The notes below the pieces were generated by a model. That model saw only the letters and a program-made list of their open reading frames with translations. It ran no database searches and was not told the origin of the DNA. A program made the position numbers and the translations under genes. A DNA stretch of 64,000 nucleotides, taken from positions 29,264,001 through 29,328,000 of the forward strand of contig OX597827.1 in NCBI GenBank assembly GCA_951406725.2, written 5' to 3'. This stretch comes from Octopus vulgaris. Lineage: Eukaryota. Shown in pieces: positions 1 to 11,004 of this stretch. The first letter of the stretch is position 1. Each line of letters starts with the position of its first letter.

Positions 1-300
1 CTAGCTAATCTATTTTTAGTTTTCTGTACGATTCTGTTCGGGGTGTTCTGTAGGTAAAACAGACAATCGTCACGATATAGGCCACCACCGATGTCCGGGA
101 ATTGGTCGGATAATTCATAGAGAATATAGATTCCGACCAAATCGGCAATCTGCGCGCTATCTGAACTACCCATAGGTATATCGAACTCGTTGGGAGTATC
201 CTTACGAACCCATAACTTATCTTCAAACTGTATAAAGGATTTTCTGGCGACTAGAATTATATCAATTTCTTCTCTTGTGAGGCCTGCCTTATTATGTGCA
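1..300 (-). mobile_element. Penelope-like element reverse transcriptase fragment (runs off window start)
   Basis: Manual minus-strand translation: EEIDIILVARKSFIQFEDKLWVRKDTPNEFDIPMGSSDSAQIADLVGIYILYEL...FPDIGGGLYRDDCLF. This contains PLE-type FDxxMGS and YRDD motifs. Confidence 0.85.
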
Positions 301-319
301 TGCCACATAATATATATAT

Positions 320-1990
320 ACCGGAGTAAACACATAAATGTGAAACAAGGTGAGAAAAAGAGTAATTCAAATACCAGACGTAGAGTAATATGCTTCATTT
401 AAAGGCAGCAGAAATTTAACAAAAGCTGTTACTCGGAGTTTCACGTTCTCGTTCGTCGGATAGTTTAGAACGGAGATGACAATTCTATCAAGACTAGTAT
501 AAACGTTACACCTTTAAAAATGAATTTGTTTGATTGGTCCTTTCAAATAAGGGTCATATGCGAGCGATAAGCAAAAATAAACAAAACAAATAAATGAGTT
601 CAATATAAAATTATAAAAATCGCGGAAAAACCTTAAATCGAAGATTTGATTAAATACATATTGTCATTAATTATGTAGAAAATATAATTCGATTAATACA
701 ATTAATACATAAAAATTTAAATTAAAATATATTAAAATATTTCACAACAGTACATACTCATACTAAAATACACAGATAGATGTCCGCAGACCACATACAT
801 ATACAGACATATAAATGCAAAACGAAAATATACACACAAATACATGTACACACATGCATACGCAATCTTGCTCACATGCAAAAATCACTCGGTGTATACA
901 TATAGACTATAAGCAAAATGCAGGGAAGTGGAAGAGACGATCTTGTAAGCAACAGAAAGCTAAAGACGTGAGTAAGGGAGGGGGAGGGGCGTAAAGTTAC
1001 AGAGAGAGAGAAAAACGAAAGAAAGGAAGAAAGAAAAAAGAAAAAGAAAAAAGAAAAAGTCTGACTATACGTAACGGATGATCATAAGATGAAATTACGT
1101 ATACATGTGTATATAAGCATGTAAGCCGTAAATACATATATACGAACACATATAAATATATAGAGACAAGTATGCAAACACACAAGTCCAACTGAATACA
1201 TACACATATATTCATGTATGTATGTGCATAAGTACAAACATACACTCTCACTTACACATATACATAGACGCATGCTTACAAATACATATGCATGCCAATA
1301 CAAATATTCACAGAAAAAAGTCTAGGGTCTGCGATTATTATTTTTTTTAATTGCTGAGTGCATAATAATAAAATGTTTAGATAAAAGACATCCAAAATAT
1401 AACACCCTATATTGGATTATCTATAAATTAAATTACCAAAGTGAGTTTATACAATATAAAATAGTAAAATAAACTAAGTCGAAGGTTTTTTCTTAAGAAA
1501 TATATCGAAATATAATCAAAAGATATACAAAACTTTGCGTTGCGGAATAGAACCTGCATAATGTGAAACAAATCCAACAGTGTGATCAAAAGCTAGTCCA
1601 AGAATCAAAAGATCAAAAAGACAAAATATACGCTATCCATATGGGATATTGATGTTCGACATTTTAAATTTGGTTGCGTGCCTGCATGAGTTCAAAAGTT
1701 TGCTTCTTTGATTCAAAGAATTAATGTCTTGGAATAATATGAAATATTTCTCTAATAAACAGAGATCGCATTTAAAATTCTTCCTATGTGCCCCGTGCCT
1801 GTATGGTGCCGCTCTATCTAGAATATTCCATGACACGTTGAAAGGTCGGGTTTCTTTTTCTTTTAGTTCCCAGACATATTTCGCCAGGCTGGTCTTCGTC
1901 TTATTTTCTGGGTATCGAAAGTAATTGTTGTGCGAATAAAATCGGGTTTTAAAAGAATTTTCAGAAGCCCCTGTATAAATCTTATATGAT
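320..1990 (-). mobile_element. Penelope-like element 3' part: GIY-YIG endonuclease C-terminus (~1990-1633), long 3' UTR, pseudo-LTR with hammerhead, ending at (TA)n
   Basis: Minus translation YTGASENSFKTRFYSHNNYFRYPENKTKTSLAKYVWELKEK...CDLCLLEKYFI...LNQRSKLLNSCRH. Hammerhead-like motif at 425-463. Confidence 0.8.
425..463 (-). ncRNA. Minimal type I hammerhead ribozyme motif (U4C core variant)
   Basis: Minus strand CTAT-CCGACGA-ACG agaa CGT-GAAACTCCGAGTA-ACAG: core, stem II, near-palindromic stem III, GUA site, stem I with one mismatch. Confidence 0.55.
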
Positions 1991-1999
1991 GTAAAGTGA

Positions 2000-3174
2000 T
2001 GTAAAGTTATTACCCCCGAAAACGGTTATGGTAAATATGAAAAAGAAGACTATTACATAGAAGGTGCACTCAGTGGAGTGTAGGAGGGTGGAGCAGATGA
2101 AGATGGAAAAAGTAGAAAAAGCTCTCAAGGGGCTTTCGAAGGAAGTAAGATATATAGCAAAAGGAAGCGGATATGGGACGGTGTTTGTCCAGTTTAGGAC
2201 AGAAGAGGAGGCAAAGAGGCTGGCAAGTACAACTGTAAAAACTGAGGAACTAGTACTTCTACCCTCCTATCTTGGAAGAAAGAATTCTAAGGTGAGGGTA
2301 GAAGGAATTCCACCTGACATAAAAGTGGCTTGGGTTGCGGCAGCCGTCCTCGTTGGAAGTGAGGAGGTGACTGTCCTCCAAGCCACAGAGACAGAGGAAG
2401 GAAGCTACAAAGGAAAAATACTGGAAATGATCATACAAGCGGAGGCGAAGGAGCTGGAAAATTTGGCGGAAACGGTGACGATGGGAGAAATAGTATTGAG
2501 AGTATGGGTAGAAGGCAGAACCCCGCGGTGCTTTAAATGTGGCCAAAAAGGCCATATTAGAGCACACTGCCCCCTACAGAAGAAAAAGATAGAGACGAAG
2601 GAGAAAAAAGAGGATGAAAACAAAGACGGACGAAAGGAGGAAGAATGGATAGTAGCAGAGTGTAGAAGGAATAAGAGGAAGAAAAGAAAGAACACTGAGT
2701 GTGATATGGTACCCCAGTCCAACTCCATCCCACCCAAGACAATTCAGACCCACCCGCCCCATACAGACACCAGACCCAACCACTCCCTTTCCCCACAAGA
2801 AAAAAGAAAAAGAAAAAACAGCAGACACCACAGAATTTAGAAAACCCCTCACCCGGTGAAAAAGGTTGCGAAAGAATGTTGTCATTAAGCGAGAGTGAGA
2901 GTGGAAACAGAAGGACTAGACCAGAGATTAGAGAAGAATTCAGACTCAAAGGCAGCAAGTGGTGTTGCTCAGAGTGGGGTGAGTAGCACACTCTTCATAT
3001 TTTCATTTTCAGATATCATGCATGTTATCATAAACTTAATTTATTTTCTCACTTTCATTTTCATGTCACTCACAGTATCATTTTATTTTTACATATTCTT
3101 AATTCTTATATGTCTCAACATGTTTTTGTAGTGTCCCCTCTGTGTAATGCCTTTATGGCAAAATAATTGAAATA
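2000..3174 (+). mobile_element. ORF1-only non-LTR retroposon, element A (5' truncated; HAL1-like, Tx1/L1-type ORF1)
   Basis: Zinc-knuckle ORF followed by a T-rich 3' UTR, TGCC-tttat-GGCA hairpin (3148-3160) and GAAATAA. No endonuclease or RT. Abuts SINE-A-like target sequence. Confidence 0.75.
2028..2840 (+). pseudogene. Tx1/L1-like ORF1 protein: two RRM-like segments, CCHC zinc knuckle, basic tail
   Basis: CFKCGQKGHIRAHC; VRYIAKGSGYGTVFVQF; KVRVEGIPP. ATG at 2028 is in frame but followed by a TAG at 2058-2060. Track ORF is 2064..2840. Confidence 0.75.
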
Positions 3175-3190
3175 AAGTAGCTCGCTAACC

Positions 3191-5184
3191 TCTGACGTGT
3201 TCAGACGTGTTTTTTGGCTGCTCCAGTTGTCACGTGTTTCAGCGTGAAATGTTGAACTTTTGAGACTCGACTACAGGTATGTGTTTAATGTTTTTTGGGG
3301 GGCTTAGGGAAGTTTATTGCTTTGCATTTAATATTTTTTAGCAAGTAATAGACTACACTTTGCTCCGGACATTTTCCTGCCTGTGGTCGAGTATAAAGAC
3401 TCACTTTGCAGTGAGAATTGTGTTTTTTGAGGAGGCGTAGCCCCTCCTCAAAAATTATTTGCTTTCGAGGAGATTACCAACGACAAACAAGGACTGTTTT
3501 CATTGGGATTTGCCAGGAGGCACCAAAGACTGTTGAACGTTTGGCCAGGAGTACGTTTTCGGCCAAAATAATTAATTCCTTTGCTGAATTTGAACTCTTC
3601 TTCAAGCTATCATTATTTTTAATGAACTTTTTTTGAACTTCTATTTTCATTTCTTCCCTTCTGTTGTGTTTTCCATTCTCCTTTTTGTGACCTATTTTAT
3701 TTTTTGTTTGAACTGTTTTTGAACTTTACGTTATGGCAAAGGAACTTATTGTGTGGGACCTAGCACCTCCCAAAAAATATTTAAAAGAGCTGGAAAGAAA
3801 GACCGTGGTGTTGAGGACATACTCGAAGTCGCTCGACACCATAGCAGTCTTCCCAAAGGCTACTATTTTAAACGAGCTGGCAGACTACATGCCAGCCGTT
3901 AAATATATCGCTCGGGGAGTTAAATACGCAACGGTTTGGTTGCTATTTGACTCCCCCGAAGCAGCTTGCGAATTTGCAAGCAAGCCTATCGAGGGCGAAG
4001 AAATATTGTTTCTCCCCAATTATATGGGAGAAAAACTGTTGAGAGCTTGGATCTGCGGATTACCACCAGGCATTGAGCCAGAGTGGATAGAGGACTCTAT
4101 CCGCCGGGGCTTGGATGGTAGCAGTTCCAAGCTACTGAACGTAAAAGTGCAGCCTGTGGCTAACTGGGAGGGGTCAAAAGCTGTTTTGACCCTATGGACC
4201 CAGTCAGCCAAAAGTCTGGTTTTACCGGACTTTTTGAGGATGGCCGGGTACAGGTATCCGGTGATGTTTGAGGGACGCCCCCCACCCAAGTGTCACCTGT
4301 GCCTGGAGACCGGCCATATTAAGAAGAACTGCCCCAAGGACAAGAGTAGGATCCTGGAGCAGTTGATGTTGGAGCCTCTCCCAGCCCCCCCCCCCCCCCC
4401 CAATGGAGGGAGAGAAACAAAGTGAGGAAGCGGTGACTTCCTCAACAAAAAGAAAAGTGGGGAGCAATGGCGACCCACCAAAAGAACCGGAAGCTGCGGG
4501 AGAAAAAGAGGACCCGGTGTGCACAACACCTAAACGTAAAAAGGTAAAAAGAAAAAGAAAAAGAGAAACGGGACGCCGCCGGCGGATTGTAACACGCAGA
4601 CGGCGTCTCCCATGTCTCCTCCGGCAGTTGTGTGGCCGGAGAAACAATCTGTGATATTCTTCTACAAAGAAGGAATATTAGAGAATGAAATAGGTAAAAT
4701 GAGGAGGAGAGACCAATGGGAGGGACTTCGGTCCTGCACGGAGGATGCCGAGTGGCCTTCGCAGCTGGCTGCGGAGGTCCTACTGGATAAAGATCTTTGC
4801 AGGATCACGAATTCTTTCCCGGGGGACTCCTTTCGAGTTTTGCCTGTATGGGGCCTGACGAAGAACGATTGCCTCAATGAGGCAAGAGCGCTCATCGGCC
4901 GGGTAACATGAACCTGTTTTTGTATTATATTGAGAAGGAGGTTTATTGCCTCTTGTAAAATTTTTGAATTTGTAATTTGTAAAATTTGGAATTGTTGTGA
5001 AACTTTGAAACTTTTGTAAAATTTTTTGGAAAAAAAAGAACAATGTATTAGAGAAGCGAAAGTCGGCGGGCGCTTTCGTCTTCTCCCATCATCATCTTCG
5101 TCCATCACCATCATTCATTAATGTCTTTTGTCCAGCCCGCAGCTACTCTGTGTACTGCCCTAGTGGCAGATTATATATGAAATA
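3191..5184 (+). mobile_element. ORF1-only non-LTR retroposon, element B (apparently full length, ~2.0 kb)
   Basis: About 540-nt 5' UTR, ORF1, 3' UTR, TGCC-ctagt-GGCA hairpin (5156-5168), GAAATAA. Flanked by AAGTAGCTCGCTA at 3175-3187 and 5185-5197. Confidence 0.8.
3733..4911 (+). pseudogene. ORF1 protein (~390 aa): two RRM-like segments, CCHC knuckle, basic linker, conserved C-terminal domain; frameshifted at the poly-C run (~4385-4401) and the A-rich run (~4545-4565)
   Basis: CHLCLETGHIKKNC. Track ORFs 3733..4425, 4403..4654 and 4612..4911 are colinear with copy C, where the knuckle and the MEGE segment are in frame. Confidence 0.75.
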
Positions 5185-5418
5185 AAGTAGCTCGCTATTT
5201 ATTCATTTATTTATATATATTATACAAAATATTTCAAATCAACCCGGAGTTTCTACCTTTACAAACTGGGTATTACATCCTTATTACTTGTGTGATTTTT
5301 TTGCTGCCCTGGTAACTGTTTTTGTTTACTTTCTTCTTCCCAATATATCATTCCCTGGAAATCTGAATCGCTATTACATTTATCCAACACTCATCGAATT
5401 TCATATGTTCACGCTCAT

Positions 5419-5455
<37 letters not shown>

Positions 5456-5456
<1 letters not shown>

Positions 5457-5612
5457 ACGGGCTTCTTTCAGTTTCTGTTTACCAAATCCACTCACAAGGC
5501 TTTAGTCGGCTGAGACAATAGTAGAAAACACTTGCCCAAGGTGCCACGCTTTGGAACTGAACCCGGAACTATGTGGTTGGTAAGCAAACTACTTACCACA
5601 CATCCACTCCTG
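5456..5612 (-). mobile_element. SINE-A, 5' half
   Basis: Matches head consensus GGAGTGGCTGTGTGGTAAGTAGCTTGCT...GGTTCCGGGTTCAGTCCC (A and B boxes) of other copies. Confidence 0.85.
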
Positions 5613-5696
5613 TTGAAGTTTCTTGCTGAGCAAAGAATGAGTACAAAGCGTATCTACTGGCTGTATGTGTTTGTGTGTGCATATGTGAGTGTGTGT

Positions 5697-5742
<46 letters not shown>

Positions 5743-6205
5743 GCGTGCGTGTGTGTGTGTGTGTGTGTGTGTTGGTGTGTGGTATTTCCTAATCGGCTTT
5801 CATTTGTTGTGGTTTAGAGTATCTACCCGGTTCTTCTTCAGTATCGAATTCATTCTCGGTCTCACCATTACATCATCCATAGAAACATTTCTTTTGAAAT
5901 TGTTTTCTGCTTCGGAAATTGAAATTTGCATATTACTTTTTAGGTTTCAGTTCGCCTATCTTAATCTTTCCTAAGCTCCTAATGTTGGATTATATTGGTG
6001 GGAAACTGAAGACAGATGAATAGTAGGAGTGGATACAATAATCGTCTTAATATGGTGGCAAGATGGTACACCGATAACGGACTGCATATTAAACATATGT
6101 ATGCATGCGATTGTGTGCGTGTGTGATGTGAGCGCGTGCACGTGTATATGAATGTGTGTGTGTATATATATATGCATATATATATGTATGTATGTGTGTG
6201 TGTGC

Positions 6206-6236
<31 letters not shown>

Positions 6237-6237
6237 C

Positions 6238-6290
<53 letters not shown>

Positions 6291-6339
6291 TACGTATAAG
6301 CACACACGCACATATATATGTGTGTGTGTTTATAGATGT

Positions 6340-6590
6340 AGACGCGTAGTTTAGTGCATAAAATGATGCATTCCTGATGCAAGATTGTGGTTTCGACTCC
6401 TAGACCAGGCGATGCGTTATGGTTTGGAGTAAAACACTCTATATCACATTACCCCAGTCAACTCAGCTGGCAAAAACAAATGAGTAATGCTGCAATGGAC
6501 AGACAGACCGACATCTTGTCCACTGGGGAATACATACCCCTACAGAATCTGGGAAATCGGCCTGAAAATCGGATGGGCTGAGGAAGAACC
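6340..6590 (+). mobile_element. Degenerate tRNA-derived SINE (C/D-related head, V-domain-like tail)
   Basis: GGTTTCGACTCC B box; tail resembles the 30562-30866 copy. Confidence 0.55.
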
Positions 6591-8386
6591 TACGAAAATT
6601 TTTGAGGTATATATACCCACACACATAGAATTGAACCCAAATAGTTAATAAAGTGTGTGCAGGAAGGAAGGAAAGACAGACGAGACAGAAAGTTTTATCA
6701 ATGGGATAATGTGGGGCTGAGTAAACGAAAGATGAAGATAAATCAAAGATAGAGATATTGCTGTTGTTTAGCCGACGTCAGTTATGATCAAACGGATATA
6801 GATTCTCAAACATTATTCCAGCTGTGGTTATATAGTATTGGCGGGGGCGAGGGTAACGCATCCGTTTTCCTTCAGTTTTTAAAATATGTTTATGTTATGT
6901 GGTGCGTATTTGGTTGTTGTAGCACCAAGTCGAGCGCCAACGTGGAAGATTCATCGTTAATGTGACTTGATAGTGTAGAAGTGTAAACGATAGTTGTAGA
7001 AGGATTGGGAGGATGTGTAGAAGTCGAGATAAATCAGAGAATGAACGAGCTAGAAAGAGCAAAACCAATAAAATACAGCGCGAATTGAGAAGGAAGAGCA
7101 AATGTGCCAGCGAAGAAGAGAGAGAGAGGAGGAAACAGACAGTGAGATAAGTAGAGAGACAGACAGTAAAAGAGAGAGAAAGACACCTAGATAGAGAGAG
7201 AAATAATTGCTGAGAAATGAAGATGGAAAAGAGAAGATTGAATCTAATGAATGTGCCGTGGATGTAATGTAAGTGCGTTTGTAATAAGACAGGAGAAATG
7301 AAATAGTTTTTAAAAGTCATAAAATCCACCAGTAAAAGGTCAAGGGATCAATTATTGATTAGGGGCCAATGAGGTCATAAAAATCAAACGAACGATAGAA
7401 CTCGAAATTTAGTAATATTTCAACCAAACAACAAGCAGACATGTGTTATAATTTTATGGAAAACAAACAACCAAACAAATTTTTTTTTGTATAAGCAATG
7501 TAATTTCCCCGTTGATTAAAAAATTGTATGTTATTTTTGTTGTTGTTCTTGTTGTTACTTTAAGTAGATATTAAAAGAGGCAATAAATATCAACAGCCAA
7601 ATCTCGTTCTTTTTTTCTCTCTCCGAAGAGATCTTAAACTTTAGACCAAAATGTCAAGAACTGCGACTTCTATTAACGTCTCTTCGTTTGCGTTTATATG
7701 ACGATATGTAAATCAAACTTTATACACCCTGTGTTTCGCCGAATGCTTTATGTCTTTCATGGCAACGTCTAGTCTTATTTAAGGAAATATAGGATTTGAT
7801 AACAATAAAAGCTCCACCAGAAACCATTTGCTTTTTCTTGTTTGTTTTTACTTTCTAATCAATTTCCCACACATTTCTTACATTTCTATTTTTGGTTCCT
7901 TTTTCTGTATTTCTGATCGAGATTTTAAGCACAAAATGCGTTAAACAGAAACACAGTAACAGAAAGACAATATAATATGCTCAGATATGGGGAATAAGAG
8001 CAATAGTTTTTGTTATCACGTTTTGTTGCAGACTTCTCGACATTTCATTACAATTCCAAAAGGTTTGGTGGTCTTCGGGAAAAAGTATTGAGATCAAGAA
8101 TTACACTGTTTCCTTGAATGTTTTCAAATCCGCATCAACACAACCACGAAAGTCAATCTTTCCCACCTAGCATCACGAACTAGAAGAAAGAATTCGCTTG
8201 CACTTTGCAGTTAAACAAGAAATAAAAAACGGTTTGGAACTAACTGAAGATTTCTAAAAACTGAACATAAAAATTCTCTGCAGAAAATAGAATGTAACTT
8301 CTCTGGTTATCTTCTGGACAATTTCTCTTAACTCAATGTAACGCTTCGGAAGAATTTGTCTCCATGTAACTTAACTGGGCCAAATC

Positions 8387-9003
8387 AAGTGTGTGCATCT
8401 CAGAGGTGAATATGTTAAATAAAATCATGCTACAAATAAAATAAAACCTCTGAATTATAAACAAGAGCTCGGTAATTCAAGCAACAGAAACACTACTTTA
8501 TTTTGTATTGCTATCGGTGTTCCTATTCCATAGTACATATTTACACTTCGGTAAATCGTTATTGCTTGGACGTAACCACAAAACAATATTCTGAAGAGAA
8601 ACGGAACCAGATAATTCTTTGCTTGTCGTTCAATACTCTTATATATTTTATCCACGTCACTTCAGGTTTTAGAATTTAAATATGACGAAAGTGTAAAAAT
8701 CTATTGATTTATATATCTATATAGAATTTTGTAACGAAATCTACTGCGCTTATCGTGACTTGTAGGAAAAAGTGCACAACTGTTCTAATATTACCTTAGT
8801 TGTCGGGTTTAATTCGTAAGGTTTCATAGATTAACATATTATTATACAAAGGACTACTGAAAAGTTCTTAGATTTTAAGGGTATTGCGAAAGGCCATATT
8901 GGAGGGCCAACCTTCCACGGTCTTTTACAAGGGCTTAGAAAAACTGAAGGACCGCTACAATAAGTGTGTGCATCTCAGAGGTGAATATGTTAAATAAAAT
9001 CAT
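8387..9003. repeat. Exact 42-bp direct repeat (8387-8428 and 8962-9003)
   Basis: AAGTGTGTGCATCTCAGAGGTGAATATGTTAAATAAAATCAT occurs twice, 575 bp apart. Confidence 0.9.
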
Positions 9004-9076
9004 AATTAACTGATCCTCTTCTATTTTCTTTTCCCCAAAGATGGGAACATTCCACCACTCACTTCTCGTAGATACA

Positions 9077-9215
9077 GGTATGGCTGTGATATTAAGAAAC
9101 TCGCTTTTCAACCACCTGATGTCGGATAGAGTCCCACTGAAGGGCATCATAGACAGGGATATTCTACTATAGCCCCAGGCCGACCTATGTCTTGTTAGAG
9201 AATTCGCTACAGATA
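9077..9215 (+). mobile_element. SINE-A, degenerate 5' part
   Basis: Similar to SINE-A head through TTCTACTATAGCCCCAGGCCGACC. Confidence 0.6.
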
Positions 9216-9230
9216 TTGGTTTGTGTGTGA

Positions 9231-9621
9231 AGGCGCATGGCTCAGTGGCTAGAGCGTCAAACTTACGCTCGTGATGTTGTGAGTTCGAATCCCAGACCGT
9301 GCTGCGTGTTGTGTTCTTGAGCAAGACACGCTATTCCACATTGCTCCAGTTAACTCAGATGTAGAATTGAGTTGTGACGTCACTGGTGCCAAGCTGTATC
9401 GGCCTTTGCCTTCCCTTGGATAACACCGGTGGCGTGGAGAGGGGAGGCCGGTATGCATGGGCGTCTACTGGTCTTCCATAAACAACCTTACCCGGTCTTC
9501 CATAAACAACCTTACCCGGTCTTCCATAAACAACCTTACCCGGTCTTCCATAAACAACCTTGCCTGGAAGGGTGGTTTTCTGTGTGCAATACCATGATCA
9601 GTCATGACCGAAGGAGGTCTC
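9231..9621 (+). mobile_element. SINE-D with internal 24-bp tandem x4 (~9470-9565)
   Basis: Head GGCGCATGGCTCAGTGG...GAGTTCGAATCCC; homologous to 34480-34805; unit GGTCTTCCATAAACAACCTTACCC. Confidence 0.85.
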
Positions 9622-10219
9622 AGCATTGATTTGTGTAAATGCTGGATAGCCGCACCGTTAACAAATCCTTCGCAAACACGAATTCAAAAACCTGTCAACA
9701 AACTAGGCTACCAAAAAGTCATTGCTTCATAAGTCAAAGTATTTATAACCCACTACACCATATAAGGTTAGGCCTTGATTTGTTAAATTCACTCTCTGAT
9801 CGTCACCGAGGTGAGGTAGTCAGAAGATATATCCGTTATGAGCCAAAATCGTAAATGGTATGTTTAGGATTTAAATGTTTATCATCCGAAGAAAACGGTT
9901 TTTTTCTTTCATGATGTAATTGATTTGATCATCATCAAGAAATAGGTCGAAACAGTTGTAGTGGTGCTCAACCAATTTGTATTCTTATTTTTTCTGTACT
10001 TAGAACTTTCGCTGAGTTGGATCTTGAAATTAATGTGGACCATGATAGTGCATACTGGAGTATATTTGTATGTGGTTTTACATGTGCATGTATTGTTCTA
10101 TCAATGAGTATACTGCTCTGTTCGTGTGAATGTGTACGTAGGCGGTAAGACAAGTCTTTTTATATATTAATATATATACGTGAGTATCCGTATATTGGTG
10201 TCATTATCAAAATACCTCA

Positions 10220-10800
10220 AAGCGGCGAGCTGATATAATCTTTAGCACGCCGGGGAAAATGCTTAGCGGCGTTTCGTCTGTCCTTGCGTTCTGAGTTCAA
10301 ATTCTGCCACGGTCGACTTAGCCCTTCATCCTTTCTGGGTCGATAATTTAATTACCAGTTGAGTACTGGAGTCCCCAAAACATTTCAGGCCTTGTGCCTA
10401 TTGTTGAAAGGATTATTAAAATACCTCTTAAGGCGGTGAGCTGGCAGAATCGTTAGCACGCCGGGTGAAATGCTTAGCGGTATTTCACCCGTCTTTATGT
10501 TCTAAGTTCAAATTCCGCAAGGTCGACTTTGCCTTTCATTATTTCGGTGTTAATAAATTAATTCCAAGTGAAACACTGGGGTGGACATTATCGATAGTCC
10601 CCATCCCACAAAATTTCAAGCCTGCAGCGAGCTGGCAGAATAATTAGCACACCAAGCAAAGTACTTAGGGGCATTTAGTCCGTCCTTACGCTCTGAGTTC
10701 AAACTCCGTCAAGGTCGACTTTGTCTTTCATACTTTCGTGGTTGATGTAAGTGACTTACCTCCCCCAAATTTCAAGCCTTGTGCCTATAGTTGAAACGGT
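10220..10800 (+). mobile_element. Three tandem SINE-B copies
   Basis: Repeated GCGGCGAGCTGGCAGAATCGTTAGCACGCCGGG...GAGTTCAAATTC...GGTCGACTTTGCCTTTCAT-type units starting at ~10220, 10431 and 10625. Confidence 0.85.
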
Positions 10801-10841
10801 TGTTAAAATACCTCGATTAAATTGGATTCTGCAAATAATTC

Positions 10842-10951
<110 letters not shown>

Positions 10952-11004
10952 GCACACATATACACACACACACATACATGAATATATGTATATATTTGAA
11001 TTGA

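Noticed and set aside
1-1990. PLE with permuted (endonuclease-before-RT) domain order
   Set aside because: The endonuclease ends in a stop and is separated from the RT piece by a UTR, pseudo-LTR and (TA)n; these are separate or tandem fragments.
3148-3160. Histone-mRNA stem-loop
   Set aside because: The short stem and 5-nt loop do not match the 6-bp stem and 4-nt loop histone consensus.
2064-4425. Zinc-knuckle ORFs as LTR-retrotransposon gag
   Set aside because: No LTRs, PBS or pol; RRM-like N-termini, 5' truncation and 3' tails fit non-LTR ORF1.
6895-7329. 144-aa hydrophobic ORF
   Set aside because: Antisense to a purine-rich low-complexity tract; no recognisable motif.
8585-8610. CTGAAGAGAAAC hammerhead-like string
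   Set aside because: No stem II and no convincing stems I or III.
9470-9565. 24-bp repeat x4 resembling a CRISPR array
   Set aside because: No spacers; it is a tandem expansion inside SINE-D, and the context is eukaryotic.
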